The notes beneath the pieces were generated by a model. That model was not told the origin of the DNA. It saw only the letters and a program-made list of their open reading frames with translations, and searched no databases. A program made the translations under genes and the position numbers. Positions 32,101-39,053 of a stretch of 64,000 nucleotides of DNA are shown piece by piece; the first letter of the stretch is position 1, and the number at the start of each line of letters is the position of its first letter. The stretch comes from Cyanobacteria bacterium P01_F01_bin.150 (GTDB lineage Bacteria > Cyanobacteriota > Cyanobacteriia > CAKZMO01): NCBI GenBank assembly GCA_039189765.1, contig JBCCYL010000022.1, positions 16,115-80,114 of the forward strand, in the 5' to 3' direction.

Positions 32101-33015
32101 TGTCGTTTCTGCACCTTCTTCTTGTTTGACAAACACAGGGTCAAAAAGAAAATGTCTGGATTCAAGAGTATGAGCCTGTACATTTTTCAGCAGAACAATA
32201 TCCTTTCCATCAAACTGAATCAGCGTATGCTTACCTTGCTGAACCAGGTCTAAATCAGAAAAACGACGGATATCGTTGGACACCGAAATACCCAAGAAAT
32301 CTTGGCTGATCTTGAAATCTTGGATGACGTTACGATGTTGGGGTAAGCGACCATCTACAATCCAAAATTGGTCTCGCCCCTTCCCCCCCTTGAGCCGATT
32401 TTTGCCGTTGCCAGACCAGATGATATCCGCACCACGCCCTCCGTGAAGACGATCGCGCTTCCCTGCAACAAGAAAATCTTCTCCGGGTCCACCTTGGAGA
32501 TTATTCTTACCCTTACCCTGTGACGAATCCAGGTAATCATTACCACCGTTACCAAGAAGCTTATCCTTGTGCTTTGCTAAGAGGTGATCGTTATCACCTC
32601 CACCACTCAATCGATTGTTCCCTTTACCTTTCAGACTAATCAGATAATCTCTGTCGGCATTACCGTAGAGGCGATCGCCTCTACCACCCAGTAACGTATC
32701 TCGACCTGACCCTCCAAAAAGATGGTTCCCGCCTTTACCTTTATGGGAGGTGAGGCGATCGTGACCACCATTGCCATAAACCCACTCCCCTTCATCTGCT
32801 CTTAGGACATCGCGTTTGGGAGAACCTTCTTTGCGACGGTCATTTGAGCTAGAAAGCGATCGGGCCACATTAGACTCAAACGCCAAGACATCCAGGTCAT
32901 CAATTGACCTAGATTGAAGTGGATGATTTGTACCAGGGAGCGAGGTGTCAGGAGTAATCGCGTCGGTATTGGGCAAACCAGCGCGTTCGGCAAAATTATT
33001 ATTGGAGGACTCCAT
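20155..33015 (-). CDS. Giant 4286-aa RTX / DUF4114-like / Calx-beta / SdrD-B / Ig / vWA / RHS-YD repeat protein
   Basis: GGxGxD repeats; WEDLTGGGDRSFDD; GTLTFAPGE; repeated DPDGD Ig units; DESRS vWA motif; YD repeats; RHS core YLRARYYDP...NNPIAYVDPSG. Confidence 0.93.
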   Translation of the reverse strand: MESSNNNFAERAGLPNTDAITPDTSLPGTNHPLQSRSIDDLDVLAFESNVARSLSSSNDRRKEGSPKRDVLRADEGEWVYGNGGHDRLTSHKGKGGNHLFGGSGRDTLLGGRGDRLYGNADRDYLISLKGKGNNRLSGGGDNDHLLAKHKDKLLGNGGNDYLDSSQGKGKNNLQGGPGEDFLVAGKRDRLHGGRGADIIWSGNGKNRLKGGKGRDQFWIVDGRLPQHRNVIQDFKISQDFLGISVSNDIRRFSDLDLVQQGKHTLIQFDGKDIVLLKNVQAHTLESRHFLFDPVFVKQEEGAETTTTVTLVSRAAKLQNEMGIFFTDDAQGRIGDVMPGDPGYTAQALSQERRITAFRPDAPDGTEVNVTLQPNQFLGWYLIQDGTIEDLIATNPANRLNRDPIAFFSFADANPDGIGHLQYRSETELAWEDLTGGGDRSFDDLVFKVDFSFVGGEKIPQPPAPPKRPNLAVGDVEVTETNGTPLTAFIPVTLSQSSTQSITVEYQTIEGTAKNNSDYTSVSGTLTFAPGEVSKTIEVPIKGDTIPEAREQFEITLTNPINAALIDAKGTITITDNDPSIQQNQVPIADVNKTLTINEDVAPKALTIARPIDPDGDSLTITVNSLPEAVQGTVQLEDGRSVSVGQKLSLDELESLVFVPFANANGEAGIFSYSVEDSRGGSVSQSIALFIAPVNDAPSLIVPGAQDVLADTVLSLRGISISDEDVVDGDLELALSVSNGTLNIGETVGLTFSSGDGTADAIVVFRGTLAAINVALASLSYRSNAAFDGQDILNISVNDLGNTGVGGSLTDGKSVPINVAFVSPINTISGVVFVDNDSDSEFDASEVGQAGVNVFLDLNRNGFLNTGEPSQITDSDGQYRFEDVSDGSYLVWQEIPVGFEPTSADSFFKEVELLGDAALENVNFGNRKFIFPSGAATIQGLAWEDINADGIQNGLEEGLEEITIYLDLNQNRRLDRNEPTQVTGSDGTYRFTGLAAGSYDVRSVQKPGLSQTFPSAELFNVPGFAAPRLVPTAQRVILGEGEVVEDINFGNKKNTGEIRGQVWEDSNGNNVIDDGEPELAGITVYLDVDNDSQFDPDEASVLTNGEGQYRFRDLPENDYTVREVVPLEFGVTALDAPEYIALLAPGEVIEDINFGNQRFPDAENQAPEFISTPITEGTEDNEYSYQPIVIDPDNDSLTFTLLDGPQGLNLEPATGLLLWTPLSEQIGDVEITLQVSDDEGLTDTQTFTISVQEGLEINRSPMFISEPVQNFAVAIPNTVRGDVNPDFLNLSLDDNETFLGSVSISLPEQGDIGGSADIAFIIDESRSMTGEHDWLTNMVLELDIALEARGITDNRYSLIGYGGSNNDAGVRNITLRDQLDVQIYGPGNQLIDIQLADPAEFVLPSDGDYSVVLSNPREEAVSYDLSIDESSVDVAIPPSGLNEIISRSIVAGENQIITFDAPAGQRIWFDSISSTSGNIQGTLLAANGKIITTIKSDSDSGPLSLDQPGTYTLIMNGGTDGGDYSFQLIDMNSAPTMSLDAPITGTLDPATTKIFQLKGDIGQTVYFDSTTSFNLSKWTIYGPENTKTDSANIHDDLEVVLPADNLYWLVLENIHDEITNYQFKAITVEPEIINIQLNTVINGTVDEIGGIDLYTFEGQAGQGIWFDGLSAESIFGPGFELYTPEGDRLFFSSVVTNDSQILTLPNTGTYSLMIGGSDVVGDYSFQIIDADDSPTITIGSAFSGTLLKNSTQIYTLSGEAGQNLLFDNLNTTGFLPGLWSLYSPGNSKVLQDNRQVNNSLNQDFEVVLTADGDYHLVLTNLSSSDVDFLFQVKELINASVTPTGFNIVNGNSIGANETETFAFNALAGTQLWLDNLTTSSFSISANLTDPNGDVIFDNVRLASPDPNPYILETSGTYSFTVNGGTSGGDYSFRFLNLEEATPLNLDTPTDVALTLNGGTQLFQFEGTSGTHLFFDLDQDNASSTRGSWNLFYPGGGQANNIIDVNFRNDFNVVLPADGLYTLALENQSTEAISLRLEGVTPETQTRTLSFSETITGSLDEPGEIDRYTFSGIKGQKIWIDSLDRLSDDTTARLISPTGNSLFDDSGRPTSPTGIQNAASDQLLVGDIGPITLTEDGTYTLQIQSGDDVGNYSFRIDDISSAEVITDGDNLLGDISPSESQVFRFENAFGGNTLTFSPLAEKFYTNATQLSQQTEELRTDRGGVEDGYAALDVGLNLPFREDAARNLILITDESRDNTNPSLTFDVIRSRIQEQDVLLSTVINGQFKDENGVSALGVDANGTVYIPDDSGGFITSQNAEFIGPELISFGNTATIKEDYIDLVFSIDGAVWDLNQLREGGDIATSFTKAFVELQADEISEQFQIDVEASNTSILFENQTGTLSGIGPGETATFDIGITNEGTAESFEVLFTRPDSGFVLGSIPVVLNQSYFYPTLATDPDGDNLIYRLLQSPDDAVIDGATGAISWNPTAVGSYRFSVEVDDGRGGNAIQDFTVVVSAVNADNQAPTIISSPSTTELNANQFFTYNVDATDPDGDVLSYYITDGPRGLKIDPNTGEINWSPTDRQVGVSEVTIAVLDGKGKQATQQFDITVNETPQNLSPFFASSPQTTALPDETYQYQPIAIDPEGEAITYSLRDGSPTGMTIDATTGLIEWTPATDQEGQFPVIVFATDENGGRSVQSFLLTISTPDSGNGAGTTDSEIPIVSLGFSSNVIDIGEDLDLQVYAIDNESIASLVLEADGQPLSFTPETIANGTLHETTVQFGEAGLVDIVATATDNDGNVGTESLTVRVIDPSDITPPIVELDATAFETSGTVITSLTDIVGTISDENLEFYRLEIAPSNLVDLNNLYEPDPDYVVLAEGNTNIDNEVIGQIDPRSFANDNYFVRVIAGDVSGNINIQGLLLTLSSVNKPGHFSQEFVDLSIPLTGLPIEVTRTYNSFESNQQGDFGFGWSLGVQDARIQESVPVTDQNGASLFTSTPFKVGDAVTLTNPEGRRVTFTFEPEVTGANFFGPIWSPRFVPEPGVFDTLEVDDLPLSIRPDGSASLFLFSFPFNPSEYKLTTRDGTTYRYDQFNGLESVTDRNGNVLTYTDSGITSSTGQSITFVRDAQGRIDEIIDPSGKVIDYEYDVNGDLISVTDRNQKTTQLKYEDPDRAHYLTEIVDPLGRIGIRTEYNDQGQIERIIDANGNALDLDYDSIDSTQVVTDPFGNTTTFIFDERGNVEQEIDALGGITQRVFDDDNNLREETDPEGNITRYSYDERGNMLTATDPEGNTTSFTYNNFSQVLTEKNALGNITTNTYDIQGNLETREDAEGHITLYGYDENGFGLLTSITDANNNETRFEYDDYGNLRKLTDLAGATYRFTYDDNGNPEMLIDPLNNEFVTRYDNEGRVVERIDALNNVSRIEYNGFGDKIADIDALGNRTEYVYNDRGLLVATIFPDDTPDNPDDNDRITNTYDALDQLISVTNEAGQETRYEYDALGRQRFILYPDDTPNNPNDNPRIENVYDKAGRLIVSIDELGHRTTFDYDKAGNLILRRDALGYETRFIYDEANRLRFEIDALNRTTEFIYNKIGQQIEVRYADGTISRTTYDGLGNIKAAIDQEGNTTTFEYDERGRLIEVIDALDNTTTYSRDLLGNIQTQEDANGNVTTFEYDDLGQRTKMILPLGQESITTYDAVGNVKTVTDFNNETIEYDYDERNRLITTTLPDGEVEQFAYTPTGQLDTVTDALGFTNYEYDERDRLLSRENPDGRTIAYTYDDAGNILSLAVPSGTTSYTYDALNRIDTVTDPDGGETRYIYDDVGNLIQTDFANGVVESREYDSLNRLERLENKDSNGTVLSSYDYLLDAVGNRTQVTEADGRVVQYDYDVLYRLEQETIIPSGETTRTIEYRFDDVGNRLQRIDSVEGTTTYQYDENDRLFAEMLNDLTTEYRYDDDGNLTAKLQNGENQATYEWNAKGELIAVNINENGETGRIEYEYDHEGIRVSLNVNGEETRFLIDNNQQTYAQVIEEYTLNGDVQTSYVHGQDLISQENGGERSFYQVDGLGSSRILTNQNGVLTDTYNYDAFGQLIDQSGSTPNDYLFAGEQFDPNLDSYYLRARYYDPATGRFDSRDPFEGLNEQPLSLQDYIYGFNNPIAYVDPSGEVSILSTAIKGSVVLSLSGLIAGFISAPIDCPELNESGDEYVSATVGFVTGAALGGGVGAGLGWLLAGPLATTALASFAVGPLGIRRLAGAAGIFFSALQGNQKISPQVFINSVCELWGEIEGFRINR

Positions 33016-33572
33016 GTATTAAAAAGAAGAGAGGGCAGGGGAAATTGCAGGTCTTAACAAATCCGCAAACAGCACACTTGTGTCGTTTTTCGTGGCATTT
33101 ACGTAGATATCAGGGGAACTTTTTCCATCAAATCTAGATCATTTATTAATTTTACGAATGCGCTCAAAGCTCTAGAACAGAAGTATCTCATCTCAGAAAA
33201 CCAAGCCAAGTCTTTTCGCTCAGCAAATTGTCCCTAAAACGTAAGCTACTATCCGAACGGCAAAAGCTTTAACAAAAGAATTTTAAGTCAGAGTATTATT
33301 TTTAACGTTTGATTTCATAATTACTTTGGAATCCGCCAATGGCAAAGAATAATCTAATGTCTTCCTTCAAACACTGAAGGCGAGTTTATCACTTCGGCAA
33401 CCCACCAGTGAAACTGGAGCTACCATCAATACCGTCCACAAGTTCAAAGCGCTGATAGAGGAGTCTTAAGGTTACTTCTTGGGGTTTGACTTCATAGGTA
33501 CTTTGGCATACAACAAAAACTGATGAACTAAAAGCACCAAACACAGACTTCACTAAAAATGCCTAAATCACG

Positions 33573-34556
33573 ATGATTGAAAACCGAGCTGATTATGACT
33601 CTCCCTGGAAGTTGGCAATTGAACGCTATTTCCAGGAATTTATGCAGTTTTTCTTTCCCCATCTAGCACCGGAGATTAACTGGAGACAGGAACCTGAGTT
33701 TCTAGACAAAGACCTTCAGAAAATCGTCCGTGATGCCGATATTGGTCGTCGTTGGGCTGATAAGTTAGTCAAGGTCTGGCTCAAAGATGGGTCTGAAACC
33801 TGGCTCCTCGTACATGTGGAAGTCCAAAGTCAATACCAGGCAGACTTTGCAGAGAGAATGTACGCCTATAATTATCGTCTGCAAGACCGTTACGATAGAC
33901 CAGTCGCAAGTTTGGCGGTACTCGCTGATGAGTCTGAACAGTGGAGACCACAGGGCTTTGAGCGAAAGGTATTGGGGTGTGAGTTAAGCTTCAGATTCCC
34001 GATGGTGAAACTGCTAGACTATGGGCAGCAGTGGTCCTCTTTGGAAGACAATCTCAATCGGTTTGCCACTGTAGTCATGGCCCACCTCAAAGCTCGTGAA
34101 ACAAGGGAAGACCTGCTTAGTCGCAAGGATTGGAAGCTACGCTTAACACGGCGACTCTATGAACGGGGCTACGATAGGCAAGATATTCTGGAGCTGTATC
34201 TGTTCATTGATTGGCTCATCGAACTACCTCAGCCCTTTGAGGAAGAATTTCAACAAGAGTTAGCCAAATTTGAGGGAGAAAAAGAGATGCAATACATTTC
34301 AACTATTGAACGCCAAGGAATTGCAAAAGGTATTCAGCAGGGTCTACAACAAGGCATTGAACAGGGCGAGCGAGCAATCGTACTTCGTTTGCTCAACAAA
34401 CGCTTCAGCGAATTATCAGACACCCTTATTGAGCAAGTCAACCAGATGTCTTCTGAGACTCTAGAGACATTGGGAGACGCATTACTAGATTTCCAAGGAC
34501 AGGAAGACCTGGAGCAATGGCTTATCGCGCATGGAGAACAGAACACTCAAAATTAA
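33573..34556 (+). CDS. Rpn-family PD-(D/E)xK nuclease with DUF4351-like C-terminus
   Basis: DYDSPWK, ADKLVKV, HVEVQ and RMYAYNYR motifs; G-x-x-x repeats and C-terminal LETLGDALLDF. Confidence 0.88.
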   Translation: MIENRADYDSPWKLAIERYFQEFMQFFFPHLAPEINWRQEPEFLDKDLQKIVRDADIGRRWADKLVKVWLKDGSETWLLVHVEVQSQYQADFAERMYAYNYRLQDRYDRPVASLAVLADESEQWRPQGFERKVLGCELSFRFPMVKLLDYGQQWSSLEDNLNRFATVVMAHLKARETREDLLSRKDWKLRLTRRLYERGYDRQDILELYLFIDWLIELPQPFEEEFQQELAKFEGEKEMQYISTIERQGIAKGIQQGLQQGIEQGERAIVLRLLNKRFSELSDTLIEQVNQMSSETLETLGDALLDFQGQEDLEQWLIAHGEQNTQN

Positions 34557-34689
34557 CAACGAACTGTCGCCAGCCCCTTTATACTGAGAAGATTTCAAAC
34601 TCCCTTACAGTACAGGGAGGTAAGCCATTTCGATTCTCAGAACTCCCTGAAACAGTGATAGAGCCTCAGGGGATGAACTGGCCCGTAAA

Positions 34690-35715
34690 TCACTCAACAC
34701 TATTGCCTGTTTTTTCTCCTTTTGACTCTATCGTTAACCGAATCCATTCCTGATCCGCCGCAAGTTGGGACTGTAGCGTTGCTGCTTGTTCTCTTAGTTG
34801 CTTTGTCTCTGCTTCTGCGGCCCTCGCATCTCCGGTAAGTTGCGCAATCGTTGTAGACTGCTCACGAACATAAGCCTCCAAATCATCCTGTTTCTGCTGA
34901 GACTCAATCAGCGTTTGTCCCATACTTTCTACCTGAGCATTAGCTAAAGCTTCCGACTTCTCCACACTGAACACCTGCTTTTTCAACTGCTCGACAGTCT
35001 CCTGTAAAGTATCCTCTTTTGATGCACTAGTTTTAAGCTGCTCAAGCACGTCAGCCATCTGTCCTTCAATACCAGCCTTCTGTTCAGTGAGCTGAATCAC
35101 TTGAATAGCCTTTTCGTGATTGTCCTGTACCAGACCAGACGCTTTTCCACTTAATTCCTCATAGCGAAGTTTGAGTTCTTCAAGGCGTCCATTCAAAGTA
35201 CTGACCTGCTGTTGCAATTCTTCGTTCTGGGCTTTGAGGGTTTTGCGCTCTGTTTCATGTTGCTGGAGATGGGCGATCGCCTCATCCCGTTGCTTTTCGG
35301 CAGCAACTACCCGCATCTCAGCTACCTCAAGTTGAGCTGCTGCGGCTTCCCAGGTGTCTCGACATTCAGTCGAGATCCACTTCTGGCTCATTTCCCATAA
35401 TTGGTGAAGTAAATCGGTAAGTTCACCTGGTGGTGGTGGAAGAATTTCTCCTCCATCTTCGCTGCCAGCTTTGACTACATCATAAGCAGCCCGGACATCC
35501 TCAGACAGTTCCAATTCTTCACCAGCTTCTAGCGCCTTCCACAGATCGGCATACTTCTTCATGGTGGTATGAGACCCTCGGCCCACCACCGCCTTAATGC
35601 GGGGGCCATTGATCACCTGATTCTCGGACTGAAGCGTAGCCGCTGCATAAAAACAGGCTAAGGCGGTCTGGTATTCAGTGCTTTGGGATAGTTCTGGGGC
35701 AGTATTTGTTTCCAT
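34690..35715 (-). CDS. KfrA-like DNA-binding coiled-coil protein
   Basis: N-terminal IKAVVGRGSHTTMKKY..LW followed by a long coiled coil. Confidence 0.78.
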   Translation of the reverse strand: METNTAPELSQSTEYQTALACFYAAATLQSENQVINGPRIKAVVGRGSHTTMKKYADLWKALEAGEELELSEDVRAAYDVVKAGSEDGGEILPPPPGELTDLLHQLWEMSQKWISTECRDTWEAAAAQLEVAEMRVVAAEKQRDEAIAHLQQHETERKTLKAQNEELQQQVSTLNGRLEELKLRYEELSGKASGLVQDNHEKAIQVIQLTEQKAGIEGQMADVLEQLKTSASKEDTLQETVEQLKKQVFSVEKSEALANAQVESMGQTLIESQQKQDDLEAYVREQSTTIAQLTGDARAAEAETKQLREQAATLQSQLAADQEWIRLTIESKGEKTGNSVE

Positions 35716-35718
35716 AAC

Positions 35719-35743
35719 TGTAAATTTACACTGTAATTACAGT
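35719..35743. promoter_or_regulatory. Two abutting palindromes directly upstream of the kfrA-like gene
   Basis: TGTAAATTTACA (35719-35730) and ACTGTAATTACAGT (35730-35743). Confidence 0.5.
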
Positions 35744-35868
35744 TTATAGCAATAATTATTGTGTAAATAACTGGACATTGAGAAACAGCTTTATACATGA
35801 TAAAAGTGCTTATCTTGGATAAGATTTTTCGGCGTATCGCATAAAGCGGGAAAAGATAAGCCTGAATA

Positions 35869-37572
35869 GGTCGTAGCAATCGGCACATATAGAAAAAACT
35901 CTGTGGTTTCCCCCAGAGTCATGTATCGTATCCCCAAAGCAAAAAATCAGGGAACGATGAGCATCACGATACGAGAAAGAGGCACGCTTGTCTTTGAAGC
36001 GCTTCAAAAAAAACAATGAACGGGATAGAGTCGATGGCTGAAGCCATCGGCATTAGTAAAAGTAGCGTTGCGCGTCAGAAAAAAGGCATTGAGCGTCGCA
36101 ATCAATACCCTGAATCCCATTTATGGGAAAGCACCGAGGGCAGTGCATGGCTCAAGCTGATGGTGTGTGGGACGATCTTTTTCTTCGGCATCAAGCATGG
36201 CATCGGAGTGGGGGAGATATCTCAGTTTTTGAAAGCCTTACACCTAGAGCATCATGTGGGCTGTTCGCCTAGCGCGTTAGCGAGTTTGAAAACCCAGATG
36301 AAAGAGCAAATCGTGGCGTATGGAGAGGCCCAATCAGAGCATTGCCAGCCAAAAGAAGGTCAAGGGATTGTACTCGGCAGTGATGAAGTGTTTTTCGGCT
36401 TACCGATATTGGTGATGCTGGAATTAGCCAGTGGATACATCTTCAGCGAAACCCAATCAGAGGGGCGCAGCTATGAGGAGTGGAGCAAGGCCATTGCCCC
36501 CTGGAGTGAACAGTCCGGGTGGGTGTGTCATGGGATGGTAAGTGATGGGGCAAAAGCGTTGATCAAGTTAGCCATCGAGGGGATTGGCTGTGTGAGTGTG
36601 CCGGACCTATTTCATGCGATGCGCTCTCTGGGCAAGCCGATAGTCGGAGCACTGGGTCGTCAACAGGGGCAATTGAACAAGGCAATAGCCAAGGCCAACG
36701 AGCGCTTAGGCAAGCGCATCAGTGCGGCTAATCGAGCGAAAACCCAAGAGGAAATCGTCGAACTCAAGGCCCAGCAAGAGACGCTCACTGAGGATAAAAC
36801 CAACTACGATGGGGCGATTCAAGCGATTAGCCAAATTCTCCATCCCTTTGACACAAAGACAGGGCAGTGGCAAACCTTCCAGACCCTAGAGCAGCAGTTG
36901 AGCAAACCGTTGGATCGATTAAAGAGGTTGGCGACCACCTATGGGGCAGACAAGGCCAGCAGCGCGATTGCTACCTTTAGTCAACAAGTCCCTCACATCA
37001 CTCAAGGCATTCATGCGTGGTGGCATTGGGTGTTAGCTGCCCTAGTCACCCAAACCGACGATGTCCAGACCCAAAATTGGGTCATTGAATTGCTGTTGCC
37101 TTGGGTCTATTGGCAACAGCAAGCGGATAAAACTCAGCAGGCTGAGTTAAAAGAGGTGTATCGACAGGCAGCCGCAAATGCCGCTCAACGATTGCTGAAC
37201 GATGCCTTTACTCTTTCCCTCACCCCCAAAGAGAAACAAACCTGGCTCGATTGGGCACGATGGATGGCCAACAATTATCAACGCACCTCTTCTGCGGTAG
37301 AAGGCCGCAATGGCTATTTGACTCGCCTCCATCATTCTGGACGGGGCTTTTCAGCACTTGATTTATCGGTGCTCACTATTATTCATAATTTTCATCTGAC
37401 TCGCCCAGATGGCACCACGGCTGCTCAGCGTTTATTTGACCATGAGTTTCCGGCCATGTTTGAGTGGGTAGTTGAGCATATGGGCGATCTTCCTTTGGCT
37501 CGTCAGTCTAAAAAAGCACAACGGTCAAATCCCTTTCACATAGAGGGGTTCCCGGCATAAGGTACACGTCGA
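35869..37572 (+). mobile_element. Insertion sequence with a DDE transposase (DUF6399-like); ends approximate
   Basis: Composition shift around the transposase gene; no clean terminal inverted repeats found. Confidence 0.6.
35957..37560 (+). CDS. DDE transposase, probably needing a -1 frameshift at the A8 run (36006-36013)
   Basis: N-terminal HTH (GISKSSV); GSDE, VSDG, PDLFH and SSAVEGRNG motifs; short upstream ORF MSITIRERG...QKKQ joins the main ORF (36016) by -1 slippage. Confidence 0.8.
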
Positions 37573-39053
37573 TTTTTCAGAGGGGACTTTTTTGATTTTT
37601 GGGGACAAAAGAAAGTGCTAAGAATAAAGCCGTGGAAAGTAGTGCAACTAAATTATTGATAGGGGATATTGAAGTGACTTGTTTAATAAAGCCTTAACTC
37701 CATAACGATAAACAGTACTATCACGCTAATCAACCACACCATCAAGATCACTTTCTTCTTCAATCTGAGTATTTAACCCAATCATTTCATACGTACAAAC
37801 TACAAATAACAGCAACACTATGGCAACATAGCCCCTATCTTTATGAGATCTACTCTCTACATAAGTAGGATGAGAGTCACCATCAAAGTTCGTTTCAGTA
37901 GCTATAGTACAAGCACTTATCGCACTATTATCTTCATCTACCTGAACAATAAAAAAGACGACCGAGGTAGAAAGCTCAATCGAAATGAATTCTGGTACAA
38001 GAAGGCAAGGTAAACTGCGCGCAACCGAGAAAATTCCTTTGTATCGATCTAATCATTGAAGAGGGAAGAAGGCTTTTCAGGCCCATGTCTTCTAAATGTA
38101 TAAAATCACACATTCATTATAGATTAAAATGCAAAATATCTAAAAATATAGGACTTCAAACAGGCGAATAGCTTTACTCACGAGTCAACAGCCTTACTGA
38201 TTAATTTATTCTGTCATCTAAAACATCAGGGGAATTAATGTTTTGTTCAAAAAATCTGATGCAGGTTTATCACATAAAAGTCTAGAGAATCAAATCATAC
38301 AAGGGTTTCAGGGACTTCTATAGTAAGTAGAGTAAGCTTGGTAAGCGAAGAAATATTAACATTCTCCGGAATAATCTACAAAGATCAGGAAATATACATG
38401 AAAGAGATGTATATTTTATATATATAGTGGTTAATGAGATAAATATAGGACATCACATACTACTATTCCAAGCTCCATCCTAAGCCTATAGGCAAGCTTT
38501 CATTTCAACAGCTTTTTTCCGTAACAATTACCTTTCTAAAGTTTCCCCCCAACATCCCCCTACCATGAACACGTTGATCTCAACAACTTCTCTAATTTTC
38601 ACAGATCGCTCTCACGTTTCAGTCATCCTTATAGGTAAGAAAACCCAATTCACAACAGGGAAAAGTTTTCTCGTTGAAGCACGATCCGTAAAATCAAGTT
38701 CGGCCTGATTTCACTAATGATGATGAACTACTGGCCCAATCAGATTACCAGCAGCTCAACATCAATGAAAATAAAATTTGCATCAAGCTCCTAAGTATCA
38801 AACGACAGTTGCTGAGATTATATTATTCAATCTCAGTAAGTTTGATGTTATTTAATTCCATTTCCTTGATGCTCATCTCATAAAATCATCGGAATAAAGC
38901 CCTTCTCTTCACACCTTATGTATTGAATAAAAAGTAGTAAAAAAGGATTTTTAAATGCTAGATTAGACTCATTTTTTAATTTCAGACCACTTTTGACATT
39001 CGACAAGGTTTTCCAACAACAATAGCCATAAAAGAAAAGGAAGATTTAAAGCT

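Noticed and set aside
20787..32993. Many short ORFs overlapping the giant RHS gene
   Set aside because: They are antisense or alternate-frame shadows of a long, motif-rich CDS.
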